Part shown: positions 37,917-53,637 of the stretch, piece after piece
Numbering within the stretch: position 1 is the first letter of the stretch
How the letters are laid out: every line of letters begins with the position of its first letter
Assembly: GCF_009914755.1 (NCBI RefSeq)
Contig: NC_060929.1
Length of the DNA: 64,000 nt
Origin: the human T2T-CHM13v2.0 reference genome, Homo sapiens
Direction: 5' to 3' (one strand)
The notes under the pieces: model-generated
Database searches by the model: none
Seen by the model: the letters and a program-made list of their open reading frames with translations, nothing else
What the model was told of the DNA's origin: nothing
Position numbers and translations under genes: made by a program

Positions 37917-38002
37917 CATGTCTCACCACTGATAGGACGTTTTGTTCCCTTTGCTGCCGTAGCTGCTGCTAATTGCATTAATATTCCATTAATGAGGCAA
38001 AG
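37917..38002 (+). CDS. SFXN1: SFXN1 exon 6, [28 protein letters not shown]
   Basis: ctgcag|C acceptor, AG|GTAAGA donor; conserved [12 protein letters not shown] motif. Confidence 0.97.
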
Positions 38003-38825
38003 GTAAGACGAATATGCACTCTTAGTAGGGACATGTGCTTGACAGGAGAGTCTCTTGTAATAATTAGCTTTGTTGAAACTTTCAAATGCTTGTTTTAATA
38101 TGTATAGGTGAAATTATATGAGATCTTGGATTTCTTTTGAAATACTCTGGGGTTGGGGATGAGGATGGGCGTCTTGAGAAAACAAGCTTAGCGATGAGTT
38201 ACTGATTATTGAAGCAGACTGAGGAGTGCGGGGAGGGGGCTGATGCTGGAATAGTCTTTCTATGTCTGTATAATAAAAAGTTTAAAAGATATATCTCAAG
38301 CTTACATTGAGTTGTGCTTGGGTTGGACAAAGTCTATCCAAAGAAAGTTTATTCTCTAAAATAGATTCCTTTTTTTTCTCCAGAATTTTCTTTTGGGGCT
38401 TAAAGTACATTATTCTATATCTTTGGAAGTATTGTTGTAGAACTGGCAAAAATTAAAGGAGAAGAAAGAACAACAAAAGCATTTTGGAATGGATAACGAA
38501 AAACAGGGGTAACGGTAGAAGTTATACTTAGTGTTAGTAAATATAGTTAATAAATATACAGTAGGGCCATGTGCGAGTGACTGTTTCCATGTCAGCATAT
38601 TAAGTTTGTTGACTTAATAATGCTGTGTATTATATCTGTTTCTCATTTGGAAAGTTGCTCAAATTTGCACATGAGCATAGATTGAAGTTAGTGTGTCCAC
38701 CCTTTGAATCATATTGTTCCTGAAAAAGGTACACCCTGTTTTAAAAGTTTACTAGTGTTGTTTTACTTTTATTTCTATCAAAGGAGGATTAAACTTATCC
38801 ATGGTATTTAAAAATAGATGTGTCT

Positions 38826-39128
38826 GCTGGGCGCAGTGGCTCACACCTGTAATCTCAGCACTTTGGGAGGCCGAGGCGAGTGGATCACCTGAGGTCAGGA
38901 GTTCAAGACCAGCCTGGCCAACATGGCAAAACCCCGTCTCTACTAAAAATACAAAAATTGGCCGGCACACTGTCACATGCCTGTAATTCTAGCTACTCGG
39001 GAGGCTGAGGCAGGAGAATCGCTTTGAACCCGGGAGGCAGAGGTTGCAGTCAGTGGAGATAGCCACCACTACACTCCAGCCTGGGCAACAGAGTGAGACT
39101 GTAAAAAAAAAAAAAAAAAAAAAAAAAA
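38826..39128 (+). mobile_element. Alu (S-like) in intron 6, TSD-like agatgtgtc
   Basis: Alu dimer with A tail. Confidence 0.92.
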
Positions 39129-39266
39129 CAGATGTGTCAGTACCAAAAATGACACTTGAGTGGGTATTTGAATTAAGTAGAGGGTTGATCTTTCCCAACA
39201 TAGTACTATTTCAGGACGTTTATTGAAGGCATTGGTGGAGCTCTCTGTATGTGTTTTGCTCTGCAG

Positions 39267-39394
39267 GGAACTCAAAGTTGGCATTCCCGTCACGGATGAG
39301 AATGGGAACCGCTTGGGGGAGTCGGCGAACGCTGCGAAACAAGCCATCACGCAAGTTGTCGTGTCCAGGATTCTCATGGCAGCCCCTGGCATGG
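39267..39394 (+). CDS. SFXN1: SFXN1 exon 7, ELKVGIPVTDENGNRLGES...SRILMAAPGM
   Basis: ctgcag|G acceptor, G|GTTAGC donor; frame continuous. Confidence 0.96.
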
Positions 39395-40811
39395 GTTAGC
39401 AGGACTTTGTCATTTATTCCATAAATACAGGTTGAACCAGCGTTCACGGATCCGTGAACCAGAAAACAAACACATATATCACACCTCTTAGTGGAAATTG
39501 CCTTCCACTGGGGGTGGCAGAAAATAAACAAGTAAATAAAGTATGTAGTATGTGCAGTGGTGATGAGGGCAAGGGGGCAATGGGGCTAGGGCGTGTGGGT
39601 AGGGCAGCCGGGGAAGAGCACTGGGTGGAGGTGTGGGAGTGAGCCAAGTGGGTATCGGTGATGAATATTCTGGCAGAGGGAACCACAGGCAGGAGTTTGC
39701 CTGGTGTGTTACAGGCATTACGGGTGCAGGTGCAGCTGGGGCACAGTGGGAGGGGTGGGGAGCAGTAGGAAGGGAGTCAGGAGGCCACAGACGGCAGAGC
39801 GTGGATGGCAGCCCTGGCGTTTCACACCTGGGTTTTAGTCTGAGAGGTAAGAAGCCAGGCAGGGTTTTGCATACAGGAGCAGCACAGTCTGACTTAGGTT
39901 TTATCTGTGTGACTCTGGGTGGTGGGTTGAGAATAGGCTGAAGGAGAATGAGAATATTCAGTGGAGGCTGTGCGGGGAGGCTGCCTCAGTAATCCAGGCA
40001 AGAGGCAGTGATGGGCTGGACCAGGGCCATACAGTGGGAATTTGACCAGAAGGAACTGATGGAGCAAATTGGAATGGTTAGAGCAGCTACTGATAAAATG
40101 TGTGCCAAGCAACTGCTCAGGTTTCCCTATAGGGACTGGGGTCAGAATGACCAAAAATAGAAAGTCTACATTGTATTTAGTTCTGCTGAGAATCTCTAGT
40201 CCACCCTAAGGCTGCTTAGAGCTACCTTCAGACCAGGGGCCTAAAGAAAGTTCTCAGACTGAGAAATCAGAGGGCCTGGCAGTTAGAGTGCTCTTCACAG
40301 AAAAAAAACAGAAATTAGTATGTTTAATTTTCATCATCTAAACTGAATGCAAACAGCGCTTGGCAATTAAAATGAAGCTCTCCAATGAAGTATACTTCAT
40401 CAGCTGCTGTCAAGTCATCCATTGATACTGTTTTGCGGTTTTTAAATTCCTTTTGTCACTGTGACTGCTCATCAGCAGGCAAGGAAGAGCAGGCAACAAA
40501 AGTTGAAAAGTGCATGAAGGAAAACTTTGAGGAATATGATATTCACATTCCAGCAAATTGGGGGAAAACTGCTATTATCTGGTTTAACACAGGAGTGCCT
40601 TGGTGCCCTGCCTGAGGCTAATGTGTTCTGTAGGGGTGGCTGCACAGCCACAGTCCTGAAACATGGGAAAGCATCTCCTGAGTCCAGGGACCAGCACGTT
40701 TGTCACTAACCTAAAAGGAGGCTATGGAGCCCACCCCGGTGTTCCTACTGAGCCCTGATTTCCAGATTTGCTGAAATCGAGGTTGCGGCTCCAGCTTCTG
40801 CCCTGGGTTTG

Positions 40812-41110
40812 GTTTGTTGTTGTCGTCGTTGTTTTTGAGACAGGATATTGCCCTGTCCCTCAGGCTGGAGTGCAGTTGCTGTGATCATGGCTCACTGCAG
40901 CCTCAACTTCCCTGAGCTCAGGTGATCCTCCTACCTCAGCTTCCCCAGTAGCTGGGACTACAGGCGTGCGCCACCACACCCAGCTGATTTTTGTATATTT
41001 TGTAGAAACAGGGTTTTGGTATGTTGCCCAATTAGTCTAGAACTCCTGGGCTCAAATGATCCACCCACCCCGAATGCTAGGTATACAGTTGTGAACCACC
41101 ATGTCCGGCC
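40812..41110 (-). mobile_element. AluJ-like
   Basis: Reverse Alu consensus; flanked by ccctgggtttg. Confidence 0.88.
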
Positions 41111-41488
41111 CTGGGTTTGCTTTTGATTGTGGTCTTTTCTGTTTTGAATTGCCTTACTCCTCTTAGAGTTCAGCCAGTCCAGACGGACAAATCCATTTCT
41201 AGTGATTTGGTTATTTTAAACACTATTTAGTCCCCAGAGAAGAAATACAATCTTTCTGTCCTAGTGCAATTTATAAGAGTAATTGACATATTGAAATAGT
41301 GGATATGACAGTTTAGCCTGATAAAAGTTGTCAGCAAATGAACGAATGCTGTCCACCGCATACCCAGTGTTTTACATGCAGTATTGTCTCCAATTTCCTC
41401 CATTTTATAGAAAAAGAAAACAGAAAGCTGAGGCTCAGAGAAGTTAGGTAACTTCTCCAGGGTCACCCAGCTAGCAAGTGGTCTAGCC

Positions 41489-42015
41489 CAGCGGTCCCAA
41501 ACCTTTTTAGCACCAGGGACCCATTTCATGGAAGACAATTTTTTCATGGACCAGGGGTCAGGGGGATGGTTTCAGGATGATTCAAGCACGTTAAATGTAT
41601 TGTGTACTTTAGTTCTATTATTATTACATTGTAACATATAATGAAATAATTAGACAAGTCACCATCATGTTGAATCAGTGGGAGCCCTGAGCTTGTTTTC
41701 CTGCAGCTAGACAGTCCCGTCTGGGGGTGATGGGAGACAGTGACAGATCATCAGGCACTAGATTCTCATAAGGAGCGGGCAACCTAGATCCCTTGTATGT
41801 GCAGTTCTCAATGGAGTTCAGGCTCCTGTGAGAATGTAATGCGGTCGCTGACCTGACAGGAGGCAGAGCTCAGGCGTAATGCAAGCAATGGGGAGCAGCT
41901 GTAAATACAGCTAAAGCTTCATTCACTTGCCCACTGCCCTCCTCCTGCTGGGCAGCCCTATTCCTAACAGGCCAGAGATCCATACCAGTCCATGGCCCAG
42001 GGGTTGGGGCCCCTG
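41489..42015. mobile_element. MER1A-like hAT DNA transposon (527 bp) inserted in a MIR
   Basis: TIRs cagcggtcccaaacc / ggttggggcccctg; perfect 8-bp TSD gtctagcc at 41481-41488 and 42016-42023. Confidence 0.88.
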
Positions 42016-42417
42016 GTCTAGCCTGTACGGAAGCAGTTTCTGCCTGACTCCAAGGCAGGATTCTTTACACCATCCTCCCTGCCTTGTGCCCTTTGTTTTA
42101 TTAATATAGGAAGAAAAAGTTCCTGATATTTTTATTTTTGTCTACTTAAACCTAAAAGTAAAGTTCTTTTCAAGATTATAAAACTTTCTGGCTGGCAGAG
42201 GATGTGATATTACTGTTCAAAAATTTAGAAAATCAGAACAGTTTTCAATCTAATGAATTCAAATGTAATAATTTAAAGAATTGCTACAAACTGTTTTTAC
42301 TGTGACAGTGGAAATAGCCTAAAAGTGACAGAAGCTTTCTGTCAAATGGTTGAAAAAAAAAGTAAGCTGAAAATTGGCATTAAATAAAGATTTAAGTGGA
42401 TCTATCTTTATTTCCAG

Positions 42418-42467
42418 CCATCCCTCCATTCATTATGAACACTTTGGAAAAGAAAGCCTTTTTGAAG
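42418..42467 (+). CDS. SFXN1: SFXN1 exon 8, IPPFIMNTLEKKAFLK
   Basis: ttccag|CC acceptor, AAG|GTAAGC donor. Confidence 0.96.
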
Positions 42468-44534
42468 GTAAGCTGTGGTTCTTTTGTCATTTTCTCAACC
42501 CTTTTTATTTCTTTTCAGATTTCAAACCGTATAGATTATTTGCTACCTAAACAGTAAAGAAGCCGAAGGCCAGTTTCCTGGGCTCTTACGTAAATAAAAA
42601 GATGTTCCCAGGAAGATTTTATTTCTAATCTCAGATATTTGAAAAAGCTTTTTGTAAATAAAGACTGCCACTATTGAGAGGTTGTAACTCAGTTACACAC
42701 ACAGTCATCTATTGGATGCCTGACTGGGTAAAAATGAAGAGATGATGTGAATTTGGAATGACATGTGTACAAGTCAGTAGTCATCCTATCAGGAATGAAA
42801 AAAATCATTCGGAGTAGCAGCTTCATGGGGTCTCAGTTTGGGAACAGTTAGCACAGTTCCTCTCATCTCAGTGACAAACACTGAACAGAAGACATAGTTG
42901 GGCATGTTGCATAAGTTTCTTGCTGTGACAGATGGAAATTTCTGTAGATGTACCCTGGCATTTTCTCATGCGAAGGAGCTGGAAAATGATAAAAGCAGTT
43001 AGCCCCGTCTTAGCCCACCATTGCCGCATTGTTCCAGGCTGTTACACAATGATAAGATGAATAACTATTGTGTTCTCCCCACTTTCATCTTAAGCTGTGG
43101 TTTTTTTAGCTTTGCTTGATATTGTACCCTTTGATCATCATTTGGAAGTGTGCTGCCATGCCTACTCTTCCCACCGAAGCCCCCTACCTGCCCCACGCCC
43201 CACATGGAAGGGCCCACTGGTTTCAGAACCCCATTGTGAAGGTCCAGAGAGATGATCAGGACAGCTCATGGCTCAGTCCTGGCACCTCACTGGCTACAAG
43301 GGAGCCTGGTTGTAGGTGTACTCCTTCAGACCTCAATGAGAGATATTGCTCTGAAAAAGTAATGGCTAACTACCATTAAGGTACCCATACATACCTACCA
43401 CTCCCCAAGTTCACAGTTGCTGGTATATGTCGGTGTTGCATTTCACCCATGTAGAGAGGACCATAGGACAGAAATGATAGTATAGTCATTGCTAAAATAG
43501 ACACAGAGGCAGCTTATATTAAAATCCCTACTTTTCCACGTTCAAAACACTTTCACATTCTATTGTGAAGGCGGGCTTCACCATGCCTCTTCCGCAAAGG
43601 CTGAAGAGGTCACTTCCTTGGCAGCTCATGATGCCCATGCGGTGGTGTGCCTTGGTTGGCCTTCCGCTTGTTCCCACTGCCCCAGGGCCAGGTGTGCCTC
43701 CTCTGCAAGGAGGTACTTATCTGGGCTTTTACCTTAGAAATGACCAGACTCCTCCGCAAACATGAAACTAATTGAACATTCTGGGCTTTTTTAAACGGTG
43801 ATGCTTGGGGAGCATTCAGCATGACTCATCCATCCCCCTACGCCTTATCTCTCCCCAAGTGGAGAGCTGGAAAAAACACATCAGCTGTGGGCAGGTGACT
43901 CACGGAAATTTTTGCAGTAAACCAAGAAGTTCACCGCCTAAAATCTGGTGCTTCTGTGAACAGTTTTCTTGAAGAATAGTTCCTGTTGTCTCTTTAAACT
44001 TGGGTCATTCTTGATGGCACTTTCATTGGGAGTGAAATTGATATGGTTTGGGTCCTATGCTAGTTCTTGTTCCTTAAGTTCTAATTCTTTTATATTCCCT
44101 TTTATAAAAGTAGACTGCTGTGTCTACTCAGTAGGCTTTCAGGACTGCTAATTGAATGGGAATGTAACATTTATTTGTTCATTCATGTTTTTTTCAGCAG
44201 CCCTTTGCTGAATGCTTGTTTATGCCAAGCAATATGGTAGACACTAGAGTCCCAGAAAGAGGATACGACCCCTGATCTCAGGGAGCATGTAGCATGATAT
44301 GGGGAAGAGGCGCAAGACACATTGTTAAAATACGCAGCGTTTAAAGTTTGGGGCACAGAGGGAGCGCATAGGAGGTATCTTACCCAACTGGTGTAGGTGA
44401 GCAGAGACTTCTTTGAAGAGGACTGGCTGAGGGCCACATGCTCTACAGAAGCTCAGCAAGTACACAGAGCATGAATTGTTGGAAGTTTGTGGATGGTTAG
44501 GTTGGCTGGGATGTAGGCAATGTGTAAGGAATTG

Positions 44535-45972
<1,438 letters not shown>

Positions 45973-47723
45973 GACTTTTGAGTTTTTTACTTCATTGAAT
46001 ATATATATGTACATATATATATATACACACACATATATATATTTATGTATCTTTTAAACATATAATTACTCTCTTTAATTCATTTGGACTTTTCATCTAA
46101 ACTTGCTCTGTTTGCACAGTTCTGTTAGGTAAGATATGTTCCTACCTTGAGAAATGTTGTGAATATCTAGCGAAACACCAAACATCCTCAGCTGACTAAT
46201 GTGGTATCAGACTTTCTGGTTGCAAGGTAGGGGTGAATAAGGCAGGATGGGGTGCGGGGGTGGTGCTGGAAGAAGACATGGCATCAGGTTGGGTTTTGCA
46301 GGATACTGAAATTGTCTAGGGGCCTTGGCTGTGCAAAGAGCCTTTCCGTCAAAACCCTCTGCATGAGCCACAGTCAGCACGTAGTTTGCACATGCCCACC
46401 TCCAAGGTGGCACACAGCTGCTCTCTTTTGAGTAACAGGTTAGCCCAGTTTGCTGCAGACCAGAGTCTACTTACAATGAGGAGGCTGCTCTCACAGGGTC
46501 AAGAGCACAGGCTCTCGCTAAGTACTATGTTTACCCTCCCATCACCAAATCTGTCCCAGCCCAGATGTCACCTGGCTAGGAAGCGCTGGGGAGTATTTAG
46601 CATCTCCTTATGACAATCCTTCATCATCAAACAGAGACAGTTGCCAAAGATACAGTGTTTTCCTTTTCATTCTATCTTTTGAGGAGAGGGGCCCCTCTGT
46701 GTAACCTGTGAAGACTAGTTTCCTTGACGATGCTGCTCCCTTCCTCTCCAATCCATCCCTTTCCCCCTTACGCCAACCCTCCTGATGAACCTTTTCCCCA
46801 GAGGAGTCTCTTTGGGGACCAGGGTATGCCTCCCATGCATGTTGTCTTCTAACAGCTTGTGTTGACTCCTAACTAAGCTGGCTGATTTCATTACAACCAG
46901 CTCACACCTTGGTTGCAGTGATTTCTGTGGCCTTATTTATATAACCATATATCTCATCACTCTTTATATTGTGTATTTAAGTACCACTCCTTTTTTAAAA
47001 CTAAAAATCTAACAGCATTTATTCTCCAGAAGACCAACCAACTTGTTCATTTCCATTAAAAAAAAAAAAAAGTGTGACTAGCAAAAATGTTTTATGCCAG
47101 AAATAGTTTTAACCATACTGACAGCAACTAAAACCAAGAAAGACGAGGTGTAAAGTGGGGTGAGGGATGGTAAGCATTTGTTGGGTTTCTGATATGTTCC
47201 AGCCACCATACTAGGTGCTTTATGAATGTGATCTGGCATATCTTCATCCACACACTTTTAGGAAGCTGTTAGTGATGTTCATTTTGTACCATCACAAGGA
47301 AACGGAAGCTTGGAGAGGCTAGGCTCTGCCTGTGGTTCCCCACAGTCAGGAACTAACCAGAAGGCGGGAGACTTGAGACCTTGGCACCAGGCTGTCCTAC
47401 CTCCCCAGCCAGGGGATTCATTACAATTAAATGACAGCTACTTCCCCACCTCCATTATATACCCAAGCAGTGCTCAGATTAAATGGGGGACTGGGAGGAA
47501 AAATAGAAGCCACTTGATCTTTGCGTGTGTGCTGATTTACAGATCAAAGAAGGTTACAGGAAGTTAGGCTAACACCCTTGTTGCAGCATTTCCCCCAAAT
47601 TTCACTAACCATGTTCTATCTGAATCTTGAAATGTGGTGAGAGGTTCCTTCCAGTTAATCAGAAGATATTGCCTCTAAGACCCTGTATAAAAAGTATTCA
47701 AAGCCATTTATTTCTCAACACAG

Positions 47724-47773
47724 AGGTTCCCATGGATGAGTGCACCCATTCAAGTTGGGTTAGTTGGCTTCTG
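47724..47773 (+). CDS. SFXN1: SFXN1 exon 9, RFPWMSAPIQVGLVGF
   Basis: acacag|AGG acceptor, TG|GTGAGT donor. Confidence 0.96.
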
Positions 47774-48179
47774 GTGAGTAGAAATTACTTTTACATAATT
47801 AATTTCTTTTAAAATATAAATACACAGCGTATGAAAGGTGACTGGGTAATATGGGATACAAATTTTGAAAATGAGGCCATCTCAGAACATCTGGAATGCA
47901 TGGCCCCAAATAATTAAATAGAAGTAAACTGTCTTTAGAGAAACCTACAACATGGGGGGCTATTCGTGTGATTCTTTTTTAAATTGTTGTCTCTGTGACT
48001 TTTTCATTATTTTGGCAATCCTAGGTAATAAAACTTACACAAACAGGACTTATTTTTGTTAGACAACACAGAACGTAATGCTCTGAAGAAAGAAGGGATT
48101 GTTATAAAAGTAAAATAGAAAAATAAGCTGAAAATTAACCATTTAAAATGGTCTGACTTTTTTTTGTATTTTTTTTAAG

Positions 48180-48227
48180 TTTGGTGTTTGCTACACCCCT
48201 GTGTTGTGCCCTGTTTCCTCAGAAAAG
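48180..48227 (+). CDS. SFXN1: SFXN1 exon 10, LVFATPLCCALFPQK
   Basis: T-rich tract + aag|T acceptor, AG|GTATGT donor; conserved ALFPQ motif. Confidence 0.96.
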
Positions 48228-49808
48228 GTATGTATTTGTTATTCGTCAGAATCATCATGAGTATTAATCCTAAAAACCAATTGAAGGTGCAGGTGCCATT
48301 ATTCCATTTCATTGGCAGGGAAGTTGAGACTCAAAAGATACTGAAGCCAGGGTCTCTTAAAAGGAAGGGATGGAGGCAGAAATCAAACCCACATCTGTCT
48401 AATTTCAGATGCACCCAGCTCTTTTCTACCCCCTTCCATTAAATTTGAAAATGCTTTATTCTTTTGTGAGAATCAGATTAACTCTGATGCAAATTTGCTT
48501 TTATGAAAATTTAAAATATGGTCCAATCCACTGGCAAATGCATCTGTAATACAGATATGATAGGATGCAAGTTCCACCCCCAGGGACAGCAATTATATGC
48601 ACTTAGCTTAGGTGGTTGGTATATTTGCTTCCTTTCTTCCCACTTAGTTTTTTGCCTTAAAAGCTTTCTTGTGCACGCCTCTCATCGCAAACTGCCCTTG
48701 AATCCTGCCTTTGATGTGAGAACAGGACTAACTGGCGTTAAATCGGCATTTTCTACATCAGGTCTCCAGCCTGCTCTTGACCTGACTCCAACACACAAAG
48801 CAGCGGCATTTTGTTGTCTGTCATTTTCTGTAAGTGTTACCAGGCCCCTTGCCTTGGTAATACCCTTTCCTTTGTGGGCCAGTAGGTCCCGAACATATGG
48901 TCTTTAATCCCCCAGCCTTGCGGAGTTGGTTTTGGATGAGGTGTTCTGTTCTAGAACTAATGCTGTCAGATCCCTCTACCTGATCGAGAACTCCACCTTG
49001 TATCTGCTCTCCCACTCTGTCTCCGACCCTGCTGTTCTTGAATAGAAATTTAAACCTCATGGACAGGAGCCCTTCATCACCTTGGAGCCTACTGAAGAGC
49101 CCCCCTTGAAGAGGGCAGGACCTTCAGAACTTGCTCTGGGAGCCTGATTCAGATGAATTTCCTCATCTCTACAGTGGGATAATGATACCTGCTTAATTGT
49201 ACAAACCCCAGAGTCTTGGGGCTCAACCTGAGAATGTCCATTTCTGTAGTATGTGGCTTATGAACACTGGTGTTCAGCAGCTGGCCTTGATTTAGCAGTT
49301 TAGACTTTGAGCACATAAAATGCCAAGGGGTGTGCCTGATACCAAGTTGTAAAACACCTAAGAAATGTAGCTGTAATTATTTTCAGATTGAAAGGGTTTT
49401 AGATTTGAAAACCCATAGAGAAACTTTCTACTTTGGCCTTTTTTCTTTGAGTGCTGCAAGAAATAAAATATAGCCCAACATTTATTTTTTATGATTCATT
49501 GAAACTCTAGGGGTAGAAATGGAAAGCTTTCTGTAACTACTAGTGTCCTTAGGTCAAGGCCCTCAGAAAGCGTGTGGTTTTACATTTGAGAAACCAATCC
49601 TCTTTTGTTTTACTGTATTTTAAAATAGCTTCTTACTCTGTTTTGTTGTTTATACATTGTATGTTTGGCTTCTTGAGGTCTCTGGCTCCTCAGTTTTTCC
49701 TTGGCTCATAACATAGTATCCTCATTGATCCAAGCATGACCCTGTTTTGCTTATTTTTATTTTACTTATACTAATAATATAATGAATATCCACAAATTCA
49801 GTGCCCAA

Positions 49809-49914
49809 TGAGGCAGGAGAATCGCTCGAACCCAGTAGGCAGAGGCTGTGGTGAGCCAAGATCACGCTACTGCATTCCAGCCTGGGCAACAGTGCGAGAT
49901 TCTGTCTCAAAAAA

Positions 49915-49948
<34 letters not shown>

Positions 49949-49957
49949 TATCTCTCT
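49809..49957 (+). mobile_element. 5'-truncated Alu right arm with an A/(AT)n/(CT)n tail
   Basis: tgaggcaggagaatcgc start; compound microsatellite tail. Confidence 0.88.
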
Positions 49958-50279
49958 CCAATAAGTTACATCTTATAGGCTCCTCCCAACCTGTGTCCCT
50001 GCCTCCCCTGCAGATTTAACCACTATGCTGAATTTCATGCTCTTGCATTTTATATTTGTGTATGTATCTTTAGTTTGTCTTAGGAACTTTTTAGACAAGG
50101 GTGTCACACTGTCATAAGATGTATAGTCTTCTAGTACTTGTTCTTTTTATTCAGTGTCAGAACTAAGATTCATCTACATTATTGTGTGTACCTATAGTCC
50201 ATTCATTGTTGTTGTTGTATAATAGTGCATTGTATGAATGCACCACAGTTTCCCGTCTCCTATGTGAACAAGTGATAAT

Positions 50280-50900
50280 GAAAACATTCTTTATTAACAT
50301 TTTTGAGAAGCAGCAAATGTGTTGCTTTGAGAGATATTTATAGCTTTAAATGTTTATATTATGAAGAATAGCTGAAAATCAATGCACTAAATGTCCCAAC
50401 TTAAAAAAAAAAAAGCACAAAAGAATAAACATCAGAAAAGAAGGAAGGAAGGAGATGAAGATCAGAAATCAATAAAATAAATAACAGAAAGAGTAGAGGA
50501 TCAACAAAGTGAAATCTTGGTTCTTTGAAAATAGAAACAAAATAGACAGTTGTCTGGTGAGATTAATCAAAACAAAAAGAGAAAGAGAAAAGTACAAATA
50601 ATATGAATGAAAAAGAGGTATAACTGTAGGTTCAGCAGTGATTAAAAATAATACCAACATTATACCAACAGATTTGAAAACAAGCAAAATAGACAAATTT
50701 CTGGAAAAAATATTAGCAAAGCTGAAAAATTAGAAAGTCAGAATAGGCCAGATAGTCATTAAGGAAGCTGAAGCAGCATTTAATCTTCCTCCTACAAAGA
50801 AAACACAAGAAACAGGTAGTTTTACAGGTAAGTTTCTCCCAACTGTCAAGAAACAGATTATTCCAATTTCAAACAAACTCTCCTGGAAGATAAAAAAGAG
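50280..50900 (+). mobile_element. Old L1 ORF2 fragment
   Basis: A-rich; ggttctttgaaaa, aaaatagacaaatttctggaaaa motifs. Confidence 0.7.
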
Positions 50901-51394
50901 AATACTCCCCATCATCCACCAAGGTTTGAATAACTTTAATTCCAAGATCAGACTTGGGCCTTTAACATACATTCATAGTAATTACAGATACTTAGAGATC
51001 AGTGGCAAAACAGAAAGACCAAGAGGTGGTATAGCAGGGCTTTGGGATCAAGAAAGATCTGCCTTCAACATCTCAGTTGCACCTCAGGTTTCCTTACCTG
51101 TACAATTATAATACTGGACTTACAGAGTTTTCCTAAGGGTTAAAATGCATAACGTCTGGCCCAGCAAGTGAGCTGTAAGTCATAGCCATTATCATTACCA
51201 TCATCAGTGTCGTCATCATCATTTAAAATCACTCAAAGGCCCACTACATAAACAATAGCCATCATGGGATTTTTTTTCCTACCTTTTTTCTATATTCGTA
51301 ATTTTTAAAATTTGTTTTGCATATTTTAAATATAAGCTTATATCCTGACTTTTTTTAACCTTACAGTCTATCACATGTCAACTATATTAATCAA

Positions 51395-51716
<322 letters not shown>

Positions 51717-52421
51717 TAATTACATATCAAAATATTAGCAGTTTTTCTGGTAGGTATTCTGGACAATTTTTCTTTATACTTTAATGAGTGTGCGTTTCTC
51801 TTAAAGAATAAGCTTTAATATATATACACCCATAATACCTTCAAATACATTTTTAAGCACTTAAAGACTAACAGTGGTTATCTCTCAGCGGGATTATAAA
51901 TGTTTTGGTTTTTTTTTTTTTTTTGTACATTTTAGTATTTTTTGAAATTTTTTTAATAAGCGTGTATTACATACAGTAAACAAAAGCACATTAATGTAGG
52001 CAGATTATCAATGTTATGCATTTCACTGATTGCATATCTCTTTTTTTATCAATGGTGAACATTGCAAATGATTGATACGTTTTTCTTAGGAAGTGGCATT
52101 GCCACAAATGGTTTTTCCAACACCAGCAGGGCCTGAGAGTGTCATCACCATACACTCTTGCCGGCAATAAGAGATTTCACCTTTTAATGATATGAGAGGG
52201 AAAAGTTGGGTGTTGGGTTCTCCAGTGCATTTCTTTCATTATGAGTGACATTTTTCTGAAAGGAACGTGATCTCGTTTTCTAGCCGCATGAAGCATTTCT
52301 CCAACAAGACCCACTGTACCAGTCCTGGGATCTCCACACCTGTGCCTTCTCCCTGCTCTTTCTAGGTCCTGATTCTCACCTCTGCCTGTGTAATAACCCT
52401 GTCATTTCTCCCTTATCCCAG

Positions 52422-52518
52422 TTCCATGTCTGTGACAAGCTTGGAGGCCGAGTTGCAAGCTAAGATCCAAGAGAGCCATCCTGAATTGCGACGCGTGTAC
52501 TTCAATAAGGGATTGTAA
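52422..52518 (+). CDS. SFXN1: SFXN1 exon 11 coding part, SMSVTSLEAELQAKIQESHPELRRVYFNKGL*
   Basis: cccag|T acceptor; conserved sideroflexin C-terminus FNKGL; stop TAA 52516-52518. Confidence 0.97.
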
Positions 52519-52650
52519 AGCAGGGAGGAAACCTCTGCAGCTCATTCTGCCACTGCAAAGCTGGTGTAGCCATGCTGGTGAGAAAAATCCTGTTCAACCT
52601 GGGTTCTCCCAGTTACGGAAACCTTTTAAAGATCCACATTAGCCTTTTAG

Positions 52651-52656
52651 AATAAA
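52651..52656 (+). terminator. Candidate proximal polyadenylation signal AATAAA
   Basis: Canonical hexamer 133 nt after the stop codon. Confidence 0.45.
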
Positions 52657-53637
52657 GCTGCTACTTTAACAGAGCACCTGGCGTGGGCCAAGTGCCTGAT
52701 ACTCCCTTACACTGAATCATGTTATGATTTATAGAAATACCTTTCCTGTAGCTTTTATAGTCATTGTTTTTCAAAGACGATATACCAGCCCTCACCCAGG
52801 TTTTAAAAAAGCACTGGTAGGCATAGAATAGGTGCTCAGTATATGGTCAGTAAATGTTCTATTGATTATCAATCAGTGAAAAAAGAAATCTGTTTAAAAT
52901 ACTGAATTTTCATCTCACTCCCATTGCAAATCAAGGAGATCTCAGCAGTGAACTGGGAAAATACAAAAGCTCTGGGCTAATCTATAAAAACTTACCCTGA
53001 AATATTAAGGGCAGTTTGCTTCTAGTTTGGGGATTGCGCTAGCCCAATGAAGGTGATGAAGCTTTTGGATTTGGAGGGTAAAAGCTCCTTCACACCCCTT
53101 CCAAAAGTCAGTCACAGACCACTGCAACATGCCTTCCCTGCTGGATCATTATATACATTCAGATTGTGAGTGGATTGCCTTGGTTGACTTTTAATTTATT
53201 GTTTTTTGTTCTTATAAAGATGATAATCTTACCTTGCAGTTATTGACTTTATATTCAATTATTTACATCAAATAATGAAATAACTGAAATGTACAAATGT
53301 CAAATTTTGGAAGTATATTCAATACCAATGCTGTATGAGTGGGCTGAATCCAGTTCATTGTTTTTTTTTTGGTAAGAAGTGAGACTACAGTTCCAGCTAC
53401 CTACATGTCTTTTCTTGTCATCCTTATAGATCTCTTTGGCTTTCAGAAAGATACAGTGATAATGTGTGTATGAATCAGTCACAATGAATTTTACTTGAAT
53501 ATTGTATGTTGCATTCCACTTCATTTGAAAATAATGAAACCATGTACCACTGTTTACATCATCTGTAGTGATTTCATAGATAATATATTTAATATGACAG
53601 ATTATGTTTCAACTCTGTAGATGTTTAACGTCATAGA

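Noticed and set aside
52940-52958. Possible iron-responsive element (CAGTGA loop) in the 3' UTR, tempting given the sideroflexin link to iron
   Set aside because: The stem closes only with a 7-nt loop and there is no bulged C five bases 5' of the loop, so it is not a canonical IRE
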